Shown piece by piece: positions 23,620-35,620 of a stretch of DNA of 64,000 nucleotides. Below the pieces are notes generated by a model that did no database searches, was not told where the DNA came from, and was given only the letters and a program-made list of their open reading frames with translations. How positions within the stretch are numbered: position 1 is the stretch's first letter; the number at the start of each line of letters is the position of its first letter. The position numbers and the translations under genes were made by a program. The stretch comes from Squalus acanthias (taxonomy: Eukaryota): assembly GCA_030390025.1 (NCBI GenBank), contig CM059432.1, positions 9,300,001 to 9,364,000 of the forward strand, written 5' to 3'.

Positions 23620-24450
23620 TTACAATCTAGACTTGTCTATTCCAACGCTCTCCTGGATGGGCTCCCATCTTCCACCCTCATAAACTTGAGCTCGTCCCTC
23701 TGCTGCCCGTGTCTTAACTTGCACCAAGTCCCATTCACTCCTGCACTCGCTGATCTACATTGGCTCCCGGTCTGGCACACGCCTCGATTTAAAAACAGAG
23801 TGACTGCTGCCAACGAACCGGAAGCTGCGCAGAAGCGAACTGTGCACTCCGACAACCGCAAGCACGATGTTTCTGCTTCTTTAAAAATGATCACGCTAAC
23901 GAGCTCGCTCCCTTCCCGGCTTTTTCACCAGCTCACTCCCTTCCCGGCTTTTTAACATGTTTTTAAATGAACCCGCTCCCATGACGGTCCGGCAGCGCAG
24001 CATGCGCAGACCGCTTCCGCTTCGTTGGCAGCAGTCATGTCCGGTTAAAAATTCTCATCCTTCTGTTCAAATCCCTCCATGACTTCGCCTCCCTCCCTAT
24101 CTCTGTAACCTCCTCCAGCCCTACAACCCTCCGAGATCTCTGCTCTCCTCTAATTCTGGCCTCTTGCGCATTCCCGATTTTAATCGCTCCACCATTGGTG
24201 GCCGTGCCTCCAGCTGCCGAGTCTCCAAACTCTGGAACTCCCTCCCTAAACCTCTCCGCCTCGCGACCTCCCTCTCCTCCTTAAGACGCTCCTTAAAAGC
24301 TGCCTCTTTGACCAAGCTTTTGGTCACCTGTCCTAATACCTCCTTATGTGGCTCGGTGTCAAATTTTGTTTTTATAACGCGCCTGTGAACCGCCTTGGGA
24401 TGTTTTACTGCGTTAAAGGCACTATATAAATGTAAGATGTTGTTGTTGTT
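23620..24450 (+). mobile_element. L2 3' fragment with a nested TTAA element
   Basis: SRLVYSNALL...LADLHWLPV and GGRASSC..KLWNSLP; tail tatataaatgtaag(ttg)n. Confidence 0.88.
23793..24044. mobile_element. ~250-bp non-autonomous DNA element at TTAA with subterminal inverted repeats (Crypton/Kolobok/piggyBac-like)
   Basis: TTAA at 23789-92 and 24045-48. Inverted repeat tgactgctgccaacgaa(c/g)cggaagc at 23801-25 and 24013-37. The outer 7-8 bp are not complementary. Confidence 0.7.
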
Positions 24451-24499
24451 GGATTACATAATGTAAGGGACAGGTCAAGATAAACCAGTAGATTGGCTG

Positions 24500-25268
24500 G
24501 ATCGTCACAAGGTGCAGCAGGTGATCAAGAAAGCCAATGGAATGTTGGCTTTTATTGCTAGGGGGATAGAATATAAAAACAGGGAGGTATTGCTGCAGTT
24601 GTATAGGGTACTGGTGAGACCACACCTGGAATACTGCATACAGTTTTGGTGTCCATACTTAAGAAAAGACATACTTGCTCTCGAGGCAGTACAAAGAAGG
24701 TTCACTTGGTTAATTCCGGGGATGAGGGGGTGGACATACGAGGAGAGGTTGAGTAGATTGGGACTCTACTCATTGGAGTTCAGAAGAATGAGAGGCGATC
24801 TTATTGAAACATATAAGATTGTGAAGGGGCTTGATCGGGTGGACATGGTGAGGATGTTCCCAATGATGGGTGAAACTAGAACTAGGGGACATAATCTTAG
24901 AATAAGGGGCTGCTCTTTCAAAACTGAGATGAGGAGAAACTTTTTCACTCAGAGGGTAGTGGGTCTGTGGAATTTGCTACCCCAGGAAGCTGTGGAAGCT
25001 ACATCATTAAATAAATTTAAAACAGAAATAGACCGTTTCCTAGAAGTAAAGGGAATTAGGGGTTATGGTGAGCGGGCAGGAAATTGGACATGAGGCTGAG
25101 TTCGGATCGGTCAAGGCCTGTGGGTGGCGGAGCGGGCCCAGGGGGCAAGTGGCCTGGTCCTGCTCCTACTTCTTGTGTTCTTTAGAGTTGAGGTTGGATC
25201 AGATCAGCCATGATCTCATTGAATGGCGGAGCAGGCTCGAGGGGCCGATTGGTCTACTCCTGCTCCTG
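24500..25268 (+). mobile_element. CR1 LINE 3' part with tandem double 3' UTR
   Basis: ORF 24512-25093 is the open ORF2 C-terminus; two successive 3'-UTR motifs follow. Confidence 0.93.
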
Positions 25269-25432
25269 TTTAAAAAAAAATAAATAAACATATACAGAAC
25301 AAGAATACACTTATTATTGCGCCATCGTGTTGCTTGTTGTTGTGCTTTGAGTCCGTTGTGGAATGCTCGATGATACTATAATTTAACTCTAGACATGCTA
25401 AACCCCTAGTTATATTCTACAATGCCAGTGAT

Positions 25433-25985
25433 GAATACTGCGTGCAGTTCTGGTCACCACATTACAGGAAGGATGTGATTGCACTAGAGGGGGTGCAGAG
25501 GAGGTTTACGAGGATGCTGCCTGGGCTGGGAATTTTAGCTATGAGGAAAGATTGGAGGGGCTGGGGCTGTTTTCTTTGGAACAGAGGAGGCTGAGGGGAG
25601 ACCTAATTGAGGTGTATAAAATTATGAGGGGCCTAGATAGAGCGGATAGGGAGGAACTGTTTCCCTTGGCAGAGGGGTCAATAACCAGGGGGCATAGATT
25701 TAAAATAAATGGTCGGAGGTTTAGAGAGATTTGAGGGGAAAATGTTTCACCCACAGAGTGGTGGGGGGTCTGGAACTCACTGCCTGAAAGGGTGGTAGAG
25801 GCAGAAACCCTCATCACATTCAAAAAGAACTTGGGTGTGCACTTGAGGTGCCGTGGCCGACAAGGCTACGGACCAAGAGCTGACAGGCGGGATTAGGCTG
25901 GATAGCTCTTTGTCCGACCGGCGCAGACACGATGGGCCGAATGGTCTCCTTCCGCGCTGTAAATTTCTAGGATAAATTTCTACGA
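25433..25985 (+). mobile_element. CR1 LINE 3' fragment
   Basis: EYCVQFWSP...[20 protein letters not shown]. Confidence 0.9.
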
Positions 25986-26038
25986 TGAAACATAAAATAC
26001 ATTCTGCACTCAATTACAGGACATCAGGCACCACATAC

Positions 26039-26108
26039 CTCAACGTCGCAGTTTTTGAACAGTCGGAGATAAGAACGTCAAAGCTGGATGTCGCCGTGAT
26101 GTTCACGG
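26039..26108 (-). CDS. Candidate 70-nt internal coding exon (xVNITATSSFDVLISDCSKTATLR), unidentified
   Basis: Acceptor tttatcctctctatcag, donor GAG|gtatgt, a single open frame, and many retained CpGs in non-repeat DNA. Confidence 0.3.
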
Positions 26109-27199
26109 CTGATAGAGAGGATAAACTGGGAGTGGTTACAAAAAGTGATAAAGCAATGTGCTGCTTGGAGCTTTAAATAACAGTTGCTGCGGAGACACTG
26201 CTGATAAACCAATATCACCCAATGGCAACGCAGGAAAGGAGACTGATTGCATTATTGTAGACGGAAGGTGACATTTCCACATTCTATAAATCAAAGCTGA
26301 CAAGGTACAGATATAAAAAGCAATCATAAAAGTGAGTAAAATCCAAATGAAAGTTGAATAGATATAGAGGCCAAAAACAGATAATATGTTTGTGTCATAA
26401 ATATCTTCAGGATTCAGATTCACAGAAGCAGTTAAAGGCAACAGGTTAAAACAATAATAAAATGGGTTTAAATTATAGAACGCCCAAAGCGAGGTGGACA
26501 CAATGAAGCAGAATTGGTACAAGTTTAAAAATAGTCATGTACTGGGCAGATGCACAAGTTGTTGGCTTTAGGGAATTACAGAAGAAACAATCAGTCAAAC
26601 GCATAAGAACTGACTGAACAGTTAGAAGTTAGAAAAATAAGTCAAGAACGGGCTTGTTACAACGCCACTGGAACACATATTCAGCCTTCAATAAAGAAGT
26701 TAAGAATCGTCTGGAGGAGATGTAAGATTAAAAGAGTGGATCAATCAAAAACAAAAGTTGATGGAATAAGTTGACCAGACGACCACTTTCAAAACCACCT
26801 GAGAGCTAACCAAAGCCTATACGTCAATACCGTTCATCGTGTATGAAAAGCATGTCAGACAAGGGCAGCAGGATACTTATACATAATGCTGGGCAGAGCT
26901 CCCAAACACAGATTAACCCAGCGAGTAACGTTTCAGCTGAACAGCTCATCAATTCCACCCTGGTACTGTACTGACTGGATGCTGAGAACTTGACATGCAG
27001 AGATGATGCAGTTCCTGACATTCAGGTTAACCTGTTTGGGCTCTGCTGTTTCTTTGGCTTGATTTGAACAGAATTGGTGTAGAATCTGCCTGAATAAACA
27101 TTTTCAATCACAACCAGTGTGTAGCCTATGGGTAACACGTACAAGATAGAAGGCGCTAGTTTGAAAATGATTGAGTAACAATGTCTATTGAACTTGGTG

Positions 27200-27810
27200 A
27201 AGAGGACCATGTACAGCAGGTACCTCGAAGCACTGGAGAGGTACCACCAACGCTGCCTCCGCAAGATCCTGCAAATCCATTGGCAGGATAGGCGCACCAA
27301 CGTCAGTGTTCTCGCTCAGGCCAACATCCCCAGCATCGAAGCTTTGACCACGCTCGATCAGCTCCGATGGATGGGTCACATCGTCCGCATGCCCGATACG
27401 AGACTCCCAAAACAAGCGCTCTACTCGGAGCTCCGACACGGCAAGAGAGCCCCAGGTGGGCAGAGGAAACGCTTCAAGGACACCCTCAAAGCCTCCTTGA
27501 AAAAGTGCAACATCCCCACCGACACCTGGGAATCCCTGACCCAAGACCGCACAAAGTGGAGGAGAAGCATCCAGGAAGGCGCCGAACACCTCGAGTCTCT
27601 TTGCCGGGAGCAAGCGGAAGCCAAGCGCAAGCAGCGCAAGGAGCGCACGTCAACTTAAGCACCCCACCCACCCCTTCAACCACCGTCTGCCCCACCTGTG
27701 ACAGGGACTGTAGGTCCTGCATTGGACTCATCAGTCACCTGAGAACTCATTTTTAATGTGGAAGCAAGTCATCCTCGGTTCCGAGGGGCTGCCTAAGAAG
27801 AAGAAGAAGA
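27200..27810 (+). mobile_element. RTE-clade LINE 3' end
   Basis: RCLRKILQIHWQDRRTN...QLRWMGHIVRMPDTRLPKQALY...GGQRKRFKD, C2H2-like CPTCDRDCRSCIGLISHLRTH, and an (aag)n tail. Confidence 0.92.
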
Positions 27811-27924
27811 GGATTGGTTCTCCTACCAGACAGCTGCGGAAGGAAATCTGAAACCAAAGCAGAACTATACCCTAGCAAGAAAAAGGTACACCAACTGCAG
27901 GTCATTGTGACAGAAGTGTCAAGG

Positions 27925-28700
27925 ATTTAACAGAGAGGTCAACAACCAGGGGGCATAGATTTGAAGTAATTGGTAGAAGGATTAGAGGGGAGTTGAGGAG
28001 AACATTTTTCACCCAGAGGGCAGTGGGGGTTTGGAACTCACTGCCTGAAAGGGAGGTAGATGCAGAAACCCTCATCGCATTTAAACAGTACTTGGATGTG
28101 CCCTTGAAGTGTTGTAACCTGCAAGGCTACGGACCAAGAGCTGGAAAGTGGGATTAGGCTGGAGAGCTCTTTGTCGGCCGGCACAGACACGATGGGCTGA
28201 ATAGCCTCCTTCTGAGCCTTAAATTCTATGATAATATAACGTACATTCCTACTTTTGCTGCATTATTCTATAGGACACAACATAAAGGAGGGATTTGTGG
28301 ATGCTGGTGGATGCTAATGTGGCAGCAATAAAGAGAATAGAGTTTTATGAGGGGTTTTGATAGAGCGAGTAGGGAGAAACTGTTTCCTTTGGCAAGTGGG
28401 TCGGTGACCAGAGGACACAGATTTAAAATAAATGGCAAAAGCACTAGAGGGGAAATGAGGGGAATTTTTTTCACACAGAGGGTTGTTATGATCTGGAATG
28501 CACTACCTGAAAGGGTGGTGGAATCAGATTCCATAGGAACTTTCAAAAGGCAAGTGGACGTGTACTCAAAGACAACTCATTTGGAGGGTCATGGGGAAAA
28601 AGCTGGGGTGTGGGACTAAATTGGAACAGCTCTGTCAGAGAGCCGGCACAGGCACAAGGAGCTGAATGTCCCCCTTCTGTGCTGTGAGATTCTATGATTC
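27925..28700 (+). mobile_element. Two CR1 3' fragments (27925-28232, 28345-28700)
   Basis: TRGHRFK...FFTQRVV...WN motifs and CR1 tails. Confidence 0.87.
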
Positions 28701-28703
28701 TCT

Positions 28704-29372
28704 GGGAGGAATTTGAACCCCAAAAAATGGATGGTTTGGGGGTCGGGTGGAAAGTTAAATAGTTAAAATTATGAATCCCGACCCCCAAACCACCTCCAAC
28801 CCGCCCACTTCCGGGGGAGGTGTGGGGGGGGTGCGGGCAGCCAACCCGCTGCCAGGAGGCGGGTTATCATTTCAATATTATAATGAGGCTCCGTGTCTCA
28901 TGGTGATCCACCATTTTAAATTTAACTCTGGCTGGTCGGGATTCCTGGGCCTCGGGGAACGCACCCAGCTAAAGGAAGGTGAGGACTGCTGGATCCAGGA
29001 GGCACGTGCCTTTCCACTTACCTGCTGGATCCAGCGACCCTACCTCACCAACAACACCCCCCCCCCACCACGATCGGACACTCCCCCGACCGTTCCGATC
29101 TCGCCCCCCGAGGCCTCCGACACCCCCCGCTTCCCCCCCCACCACCTGCCCCACGAGTCCTCCAATATTTGATCCCCCCCTCTGGCACCCAATCACCCTC
29201 CGGTCCCCGATCCCCCTCTGGCCTCCGATCCCCACCCCTACCCCCCACCACTTCTCCCTCCCTCCTCCCGGTGGCCTACCCGCCCGACAGCCAGCCGGCC
29301 TCTCCATCTGGATGGCTGCGGGTGAGAATCAGTGCTCTGAAATGCTAATCAGGCCCTGCCGTTAAATTCAAC
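28704..29372. mobile_element. GC-rich non-autonomous Harbinger-like remnant with C-tract low complexity
   Basis: Starts gggaggaatttgaacc, contains ccgatc/ccccc repeats, and resembles 30691-31195 in the opposite orientation. No TSD resolved. Confidence 0.4.
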
Positions 29373-29737
29373 AGGTTCAAGGCACCAGGTAGCCACATTA
29401 TTTTTACATTTAAACCTCATAATCACCGTACTAATTCTGACAGCTTGCAACATGACAAAGGAAACACTTTTGGGATTGATTTCAATGCTTTCCCTGCCTT
29501 TCTGTATCCTTCGATCCCCAAGGGGTGATGTCATCGGTGATGTTTGTTTAATACTTGGTTAACTGTATCTTTCCACATGTCGCAGCATGGTTGAACTCAA
29601 GGATGTGAAAGACCCAGGGAATTAAGCTAACATGATTATTCATTCATCTGTTTTCAACAGTAAAATCTGACAAAAGTTTGGTTTACATGGAGTGACTGAC
29701 TAAGATATAATGCCTCAGATTTTCATCTTTCACTTTT

Positions 29738-30063
29738 CCGTCTTTCGGATGAGACGTTAAACCGAGGCCCCGTCTGCTCTCTCAGGTGGACGTAAAAGAT
29801 CCCACGGCCACTATTTCGAAGACGAACAGCGGAGTTATCCCCGGTGACCTGACCAATATTTATCCCTCAAACAACATCACGAAAACAGGTTATCTGGTCA
29901 TTATCACATTGCTGTTTCTGGGAGCTTGCTGTGCACAAATTGGTTGCTGCGTTTCCCACATTACAACAGTGACTACACTTCAAAAGTACTTCATTGGCTG
30001 TAAAGTGCTTTGGGATGTCCTAAAGTCGTGAAAGGCGCTATATAAATGCAAGTCTTTCTTTCT
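29738..30063 (+). mobile_element. Deu-domain SINE, 5'-truncated
   Basis: ccgtctttcggatgagacg...gtaaaagatcccacggc...gcgctatataaatgcaagtctttc. Confidence 0.82.
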
Positions 30064-30156
30064 CAGACAATAGAGAAAATTTGGTCCACTTTATTTTATC
30101 TGATAAAACTCAGATGATGGGGTAACTTTTGCAAGATTCCATTCGCGGTGCAGAGC

Positions 30157-30620
30157 CTGTGTCTTATGAAGAAAGGTTGAGCAGGTTGGGCCTATACTTA
30201 TTGGAGTTTAGAAGAATGAGAGGTGATCTTATTGAAACATATAAGATTCTGAGGGGGCTTGACAGGGTAGATGCAGGGAGGATGTTTCCCCTCGTGGGGG
30301 AATCTAGAACTAGGGGGCATAGTTTCAGAATAAGAGGTCGCCCATTTAAGACAGAGACGAGAAGGAATTTCGTCTCTCAGAGGGTTGTGACTCTTTGGAA
30401 TTCTCTACCCCAGAGAGCTGTGGAGGCTGGGTCGTTGAATATATTCAAGGCAGAGATTGACAGATTTTTGAGCTACAGGGGAGTCAAGGGTTATGGGGAG
30501 TGGGCGGGAAAGTGGAGTTAAGACCAAGATCAGATCAGCCATGATCTTATTGAATGGTGGAGCAGGCTCGAGGGGCTGAATGGCCTACTCCTGCTCTTAC
30601 TTCTTATGTTCTTATGTTCT
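30157..30620 (+). mobile_element. CR1 LINE 3' fragment
   Basis: ORF 30129-30521 (CR1 ORF2 C-terminus) plus tail. Confidence 0.92.
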
Positions 30621-30690
30621 CTGCATTTATGTTGCTCCACTACTTCCTTTATTCTATTAGAGCCCAAGTTTTTTTTCCATTGCAAGACTT

Positions 30691-31195
30691 TGGCCCCGAT
30701 ATTGACAGGAGCGGGTTTCGTAAGTGGCAGGGGAGGAGTTTCGGTCGGGGGAAGTCCGGGTTTCCCCGTATGCAGGGTTCTGACTCCACAGCCTGCGTCT
30801 TCTCTCCCCAGCAGGTTCCCCACCCGGATGTCAGCCTGGCTGACATGCTTGGCTCCCTGTCGGGCGAGGAGCACTCCAGAGAAGGCCGGGAGGAGCAGGA
30901 ACAGGTAGGGAGCCTGCTGCTGGCTTAGCGGCAGCGTGGGACTTTGGGGGGTCGGGGGGAGAGTCCTATCCCGGGAGGGTCCGATCCCCGACCTCGGAGG
31001 GTGATCCAACCCGAGGGGCTGGGGGCCGAATCTGGGGGGGTGTCCGATCCTCGATCAGAGGTGGGGGGGGGGGAGTCTTTGGATGGTGTGACGGTCCAAT
31101 TGTGAGGGTAGGGGAGGTCTGATGGCAGGGAAGAAGGTAAACTTGGGGGAAGCACTCCAGCTTCTCCTGGCCCACAAGCAGTATAGGTTTGAAGG
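30691..31195. mobile_element. Harbinger-like MITE remnant, G-tract rich
   Basis: Starts with TIR-like ggccccgatatt; G-rich internal repeats; the other end is not resolved. Confidence 0.4.
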
Positions 31196-31204
31196 AGTTC
31201 TGTA

Positions 31205-31522
31205 TTTGTTGGAGGTGCCGTCTTTTAGATGGGACATTAAACCAAGACCCATGTGCCTCTTTGGGGGAAGGTGACGTTATGTGACGTTATTCAAAGAAAA
31301 GCAGGGAGTTCTCCAGGTACCCGGGCCAACATACATCCCTCAACCAACAACCACCAAAACAGAGTAACTAGGCATCTATACCAATTGTCGTTTGTCAGAA
31401 CCTTGCTGCGTGCAAATTCACTGCCATGTTTGCCGACTGTGACTAAACTTCAGATGTAATTCACGTGATGTTCTGAAGACGTGACATGCATAATCGAAAT
31501 GTCAGTTAATTCTCGTCTTTCT
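31205..31522 (+). mobile_element. Old Deu-domain SINE
   Basis: Degenerate match to the SacSINE1-like copies (gttggaggtgccgtctttt...ccctcaacc). Confidence 0.65.
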
Positions 31523-31879
31523 TAAAAGATTTTGAGGAGACGCAAAAGGTGCGTTTATACCTCAGGGTTTCTGCACCCACCCATCCTTACTCCAGAAGCT
31601 GCAATTGCACATTTAGGCTCAGTACCTGGGTATATCAAAGAAGATCTGCTATCGCAATCTATGCTTTAGCAGGAAGGCAGTCGCTGAATGACTCCGTCTC
31701 CTTAATCCCGCACTACAGGTATCTTCTGCCACTGTGATGGCTGTGGTTGTGCCAGTGATGGTGGCCACAGCACTCAATTTCTACGGCCGCAAGGTCCTTC
31801 CAAGTCACCACCAATGACGTTTCCCAGTTGGGTGTGCACCGATGCCTCAAACAAGTGACAAAAATGTTGTTTGCTGTGT

Positions 31880-32160
31880 TTTTAATTCATTCACGGGATG
31901 TGGGCGTCGGTGGCAAGGCCAGCATTTATTGCCCGTCCCAATTGCCCCTTGAGAAGGTGGTGGTGAGCCACCTTCTTGAACCGCTGCAGTCCGTGTGGTG
32001 AAGGTCCTCCCACAGTGCTGTTAGCGAGGGAGTTCCAGGATTCTGACCCAGCGACGATGAAGGATCGGCCGATATACGTCCACGTCAGGATGGTGTGTGA
32101 CTTAGAGGGGAACTGGGAGGTGGTGGTGTTCCCACGTACCTGCTGCCCTTGTCCTTCTGG
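31880..32160 (-). mobile_element. 3' end of the LF-SINE-partner LINE
   Basis: Reverse complement of the 22381-22705 family. Confidence 0.85.
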
Positions 32161-32574
32161 GCGGTATTGCTGACGATGCTGATACCTGCATTGCTTGACT
32201 ACTTTTACCCACTCCTTTTCAAGCAACAGTGCTATGTTCCAAATTTTGCAGCACGTGTCTTTTTATACATTTTATGAGTCAGTGCAGCAGACCATCCAAG
32301 GACACATATGGTGATTCAGATCTCTAACACCCAGCCCATAACTTATCTGGCACATGTGGAGCATAAACAGCAGCATGGGCCAGTTGGACGGAATGGCCTG
32401 TTTCTGTGTTGTACATTCGATTCCATCCCATTAATGGCTCGGTGTTCTCCTGACCACAGAAACCGAATCATTTAAGTGAATGCCTGGTATGCTGGTAGCA
32501 CTCATGACGTCTTCAGGTTGCTCCAGTCCACTATCTCGCGACTGTTTCAATGAGGAGGGAGGCTCCTTGGGGAT

Positions 32575-32803
32575 TGACGTAAGAAAACTACTCGGCACTT
32601 GGTCTAAGCGTTAAACAAAGCTTTAATCAACTGTTTTTCAACATGGAGATCTGGTTGTGTTCTTCACTAGTTCCTGTCAAAGAATGTCCCGAGCAAGCTG
32701 GGCCCATGCCCGAGTATTTATACTCTCCCTGGACAGCGCCACCAGCAGGCCGCCCAGTATTATTTCATAAGTCATTTCCACATGAATGACAAGATTCATG
32801 TCA
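32575..32803 (-). mobile_element. Small solo LTR, 229 bp, TGAC...GTCA, 5-bp TSD GGGAT
   Basis: gggat|tgacgt...catgtca|gggat, with TATAAAT then ATTAAA on the minus strand. Removing it restores the Harbinger LLGDHAY motif. Confidence 0.82.
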
Positions 32804-33294
32804 GGGATCATGCGTACCTTTTGGAACCTTGGTTGCTGACTTAATTGAGAAACCTGCGAAAGCCACAAAATGCTGATGCAATAAAGCTGGTGCCCGAATC
32901 GGAATTCTGGTGGGATCTAACATCAGCATACTCAAGCAGAAGATTCATTGTTTGGACAGACTGCGGGGGGTCCTTCTCTATACACGGGCCAAGTTCTCCA
33001 AGATAAGAGCCGTATGGCAACTTTGCCATCCAGCAAGGACATAACATGCTGATGGAGGATTAGTAGTCCCAGGTTCAACTATTAGAAGACGAGGATGAGA
33101 AAGATGAGGAAGAAGAAGTGAATGAAGGCGATTTGCAGCCTGGAAAAATTAGATGCCAGCTACTAAGTGATGGGACATTTACCCGACTGACAGAGCCCCA
33201 CCCCCACCACACCCGCCCCACGTCCTATTGTGAGCAGTACATCTCCACATGAGAAGCATCCATGTCCATCCTTCTCTCTACCGCTGCCTTAATA

Positions 33295-33552
33295 AGGACA
33301 TAAGAAATAGGAGCAGGAATAGGCCACTTGGCCCCTCGAGCCTGCTCCGCCATTCAATAAGATCATGGCTGATCTTGGGCTCAAAGCCACTTCCCTGCCC
33401 GCTCCCCATAACCCTTCACTCCCTTATCTTGCAAAAATCTGTCTATCTCCACCTTAAATGTATTTAATGACTCAGCCTCCACGGCTCTCTGGGGCCGAGA
33501 ATTCCACAGATTTATGACCCTCTGAGAGAAGAAATTCCTCCTCATCTCCGTT
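33295..33552 (-). mobile_element. CR1 3' end
   Basis: Closely similar to 42413-42675. Confidence 0.9.
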
Positions 33553-33975
33553 AAGCATTACATGAAGCCCACTAAAAGCCATAGCATAGAATTACTAGGT
33601 TTATGAAGTGGTTTTCACCCCATTATGGCTCGATTGTTGACATTCCAAGCCAGGAGCTTGGTCGGGTCTCTCCTCGCTCCGTCGGTGTTCCTTCACCGGA
33701 AGTGCGATGGAATCCCAGCGGTGCGTGAAAACGGAGTTTTAATTTTGTAGGATCAGGAGGCTCCTTTCCAGCTTGGTGAAGAATTATAACAGTTTTTCAG
33801 CTGTGATTGGCTGAAAACCATTTGGGCAGCATGAAGGTGTTGAAAGTTAACTTGTTTGTAAATTTCTTGCATTTGAAAATAAAAGTGAAGAACTTTGTTG
33901 GGATCTAAATTTCTGACATGCAAAAAAACATCACTCCTGCGTTCTTCTGGGCATGTGTGGAGTCAGTGAAAGATT

Positions 33976-34719
33976 GGCCCAAAAATTAGTGCCGCTACGC
34001 GAGAGTACGCACTGTGTACTCTCGCGTATTCTGTCTCCAATTGCCGGTTTTCTGCATGCACTGCGCATGCGCTGAAAACCGGCACTTGGTGAATTCAAAA
34101 GGGGGCGGTTCCTAGGTGAACCGCGTGCGCGCTACAGGCTGCGCGCACGCAGTGCACTTAGTGCTTTGGACGCGCAGGTAAGCATGGAAGATTTTAGACA
34201 TAAAGAAAGGAGGCGTAAGACCCTCTTTTAACAAGGTAAGTACTTAATTAAGTATTATTTTGAATTTTTTTTAACAGGTATATCTTTTTTAGAGACTTTA
34301 AAGACAGGTAAGTTTATTTTTATAACTTTTTAAAAGATTTTAAATTTTTTCAAAAACTTAATTTTTTGTTTAAAATGGTTAATTTATTTAACTATACTTA
34401 TTTTATTAATGTGATGGTTTTTAAAAAAAAATTAATTGAGGTTTAGCTGTTCTTTTGGGGGGGTATAGTATTCATAGCTTTCACAGCCGTGCTGTGAAAG
34501 CTATGAATGAAAGATGGTGTGCTGCCATTGGCTCTAACTGAGTCACGTGATCCCACAGCTCGCACGAATTAACTACGCCTGTGGGATACGAAAGCACTGC
34601 ACAGCTGCTGTCCAGAACATCAAGTTCGTGCGAGCTCGGACTGAAAAAGCCAGCGCGCAGTGAGAGATCGCGGGAAGGCCTTACCCTCGCACGAAGGCTC
34701 ACTCACTAATTTTTGGGCC
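33976..34719. mobile_element. Harbinger-type MITE, 744 bp, perfect 16-bp TIR, 3-bp TSD ATT
   Basis: att|ggcccaaaaattagtg ... cactaatttttgggcc|att. Confidence 0.9.
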
Positions 34720-34851
34720 ATTATTTTAAAGTTTAAAGCAATGGCCGTGCTTGCTATCCAAGCTCTGAGGAATTTCCTGGCCCTGGGCTTGAGTGCGTGG
34801 CATGGCGGCCAAAGAGAATTCTCGCTTTTTGATTTCTTCAAAGAGAAGAGA

Positions 34852-35620
34852 AGAATCATAGAATGAGACAGCCATTCGACCCATCGTGCCTGTGCCGGCT
34901 CTTTGAAAGAGCTTTCCAATTAGTCCCACTCCCCCTGCTCTTTGCCCATAGCCCTGCAAATGTTTCCCCTTCAAGTATTTCTCCAATGCCCTATTGAAAG
35001 TCCACCGCCCTTTTAAGGCAGCGCATTCCAGATCACAACTCGCTGCACAAATATTTTTCTCATTTCCCCTCTGGTTCTTTTGCCAATTACCTTAAATCTG
35101 TGTCCACTGGTTACCGACCATTCTGCCACTGGAAACAGTTTCTCCTTATTTCTTCATGATTTTGAACACAATTCTATCAAATAGGGTACTGTAGCATCGT
35201 GGTTCTGTGACTGGGCTAGTAATCCAGAGGCCTGGACTTAATCATCCATTGGAACATGAGTTCAAATCCACAGCAGTTTGGGAATTTAAATTCAGTTAAT
35301 TAAATAAATCTGGAACAAAAAGCTAGGATCAGTAATGGTGATTCATGAAACTACCGGATTGTCGTAAAAACCCATTTGGTTCACTAATGTCCTTTAGGGA
35401 AGGAAATCTGCCATCCTTACCCTGGTCTGGCCTATATGTGACTCCAGACCCACAATGTGGCTGACTCTTAACAGCCCTCTGAAATGCCCAGTTTGGGATG
35501 GGCAATAAATGCGACGCTCACATCCCGTGAATGAAAAAAAAACTATCTCTTAACCTTCTCTGCTCTAAGGAGAACAACCCCAGTTTCTCTAGTCTCTCCA
35601 CGTAATTGAAGTATTTCACC
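34852..35620 (-). mobile_element. CR1 3' fragment split by an LF-SINE-like insertion
   Basis: CR1 sequence on the minus strand stops at ~35183 and resumes at ~35545. Confidence 0.85.
35184..35542 (+). mobile_element. LF-SINE-like tRNA SINE
   Basis: tRNA head (tagcatcgtgg...gagttcaaatcc) plus ggttcactaatgtcctttagggaagg...tggcctatatgtgactccagaccc..., the recalled LF-SINE core. Tail gggatgggcaataaatgc. Confidence 0.8.

Larger units (their letters stand above)
31580..33130 (+). pseudogene. Decayed Harbinger (HARBI1-like) transposase interrupted by LINE and LTR insertions
   Basis: Fragments in the expected order: VATALNFY..SFQ...VHRCLKQVT (31760-31860), LLGD|HAYLLEPWLLT (32563-32840), ISILKQKIHCLDR (~32920-32960), NFAIQQG and an acidic tail (33020-33125). 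Confidence 0.75.
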
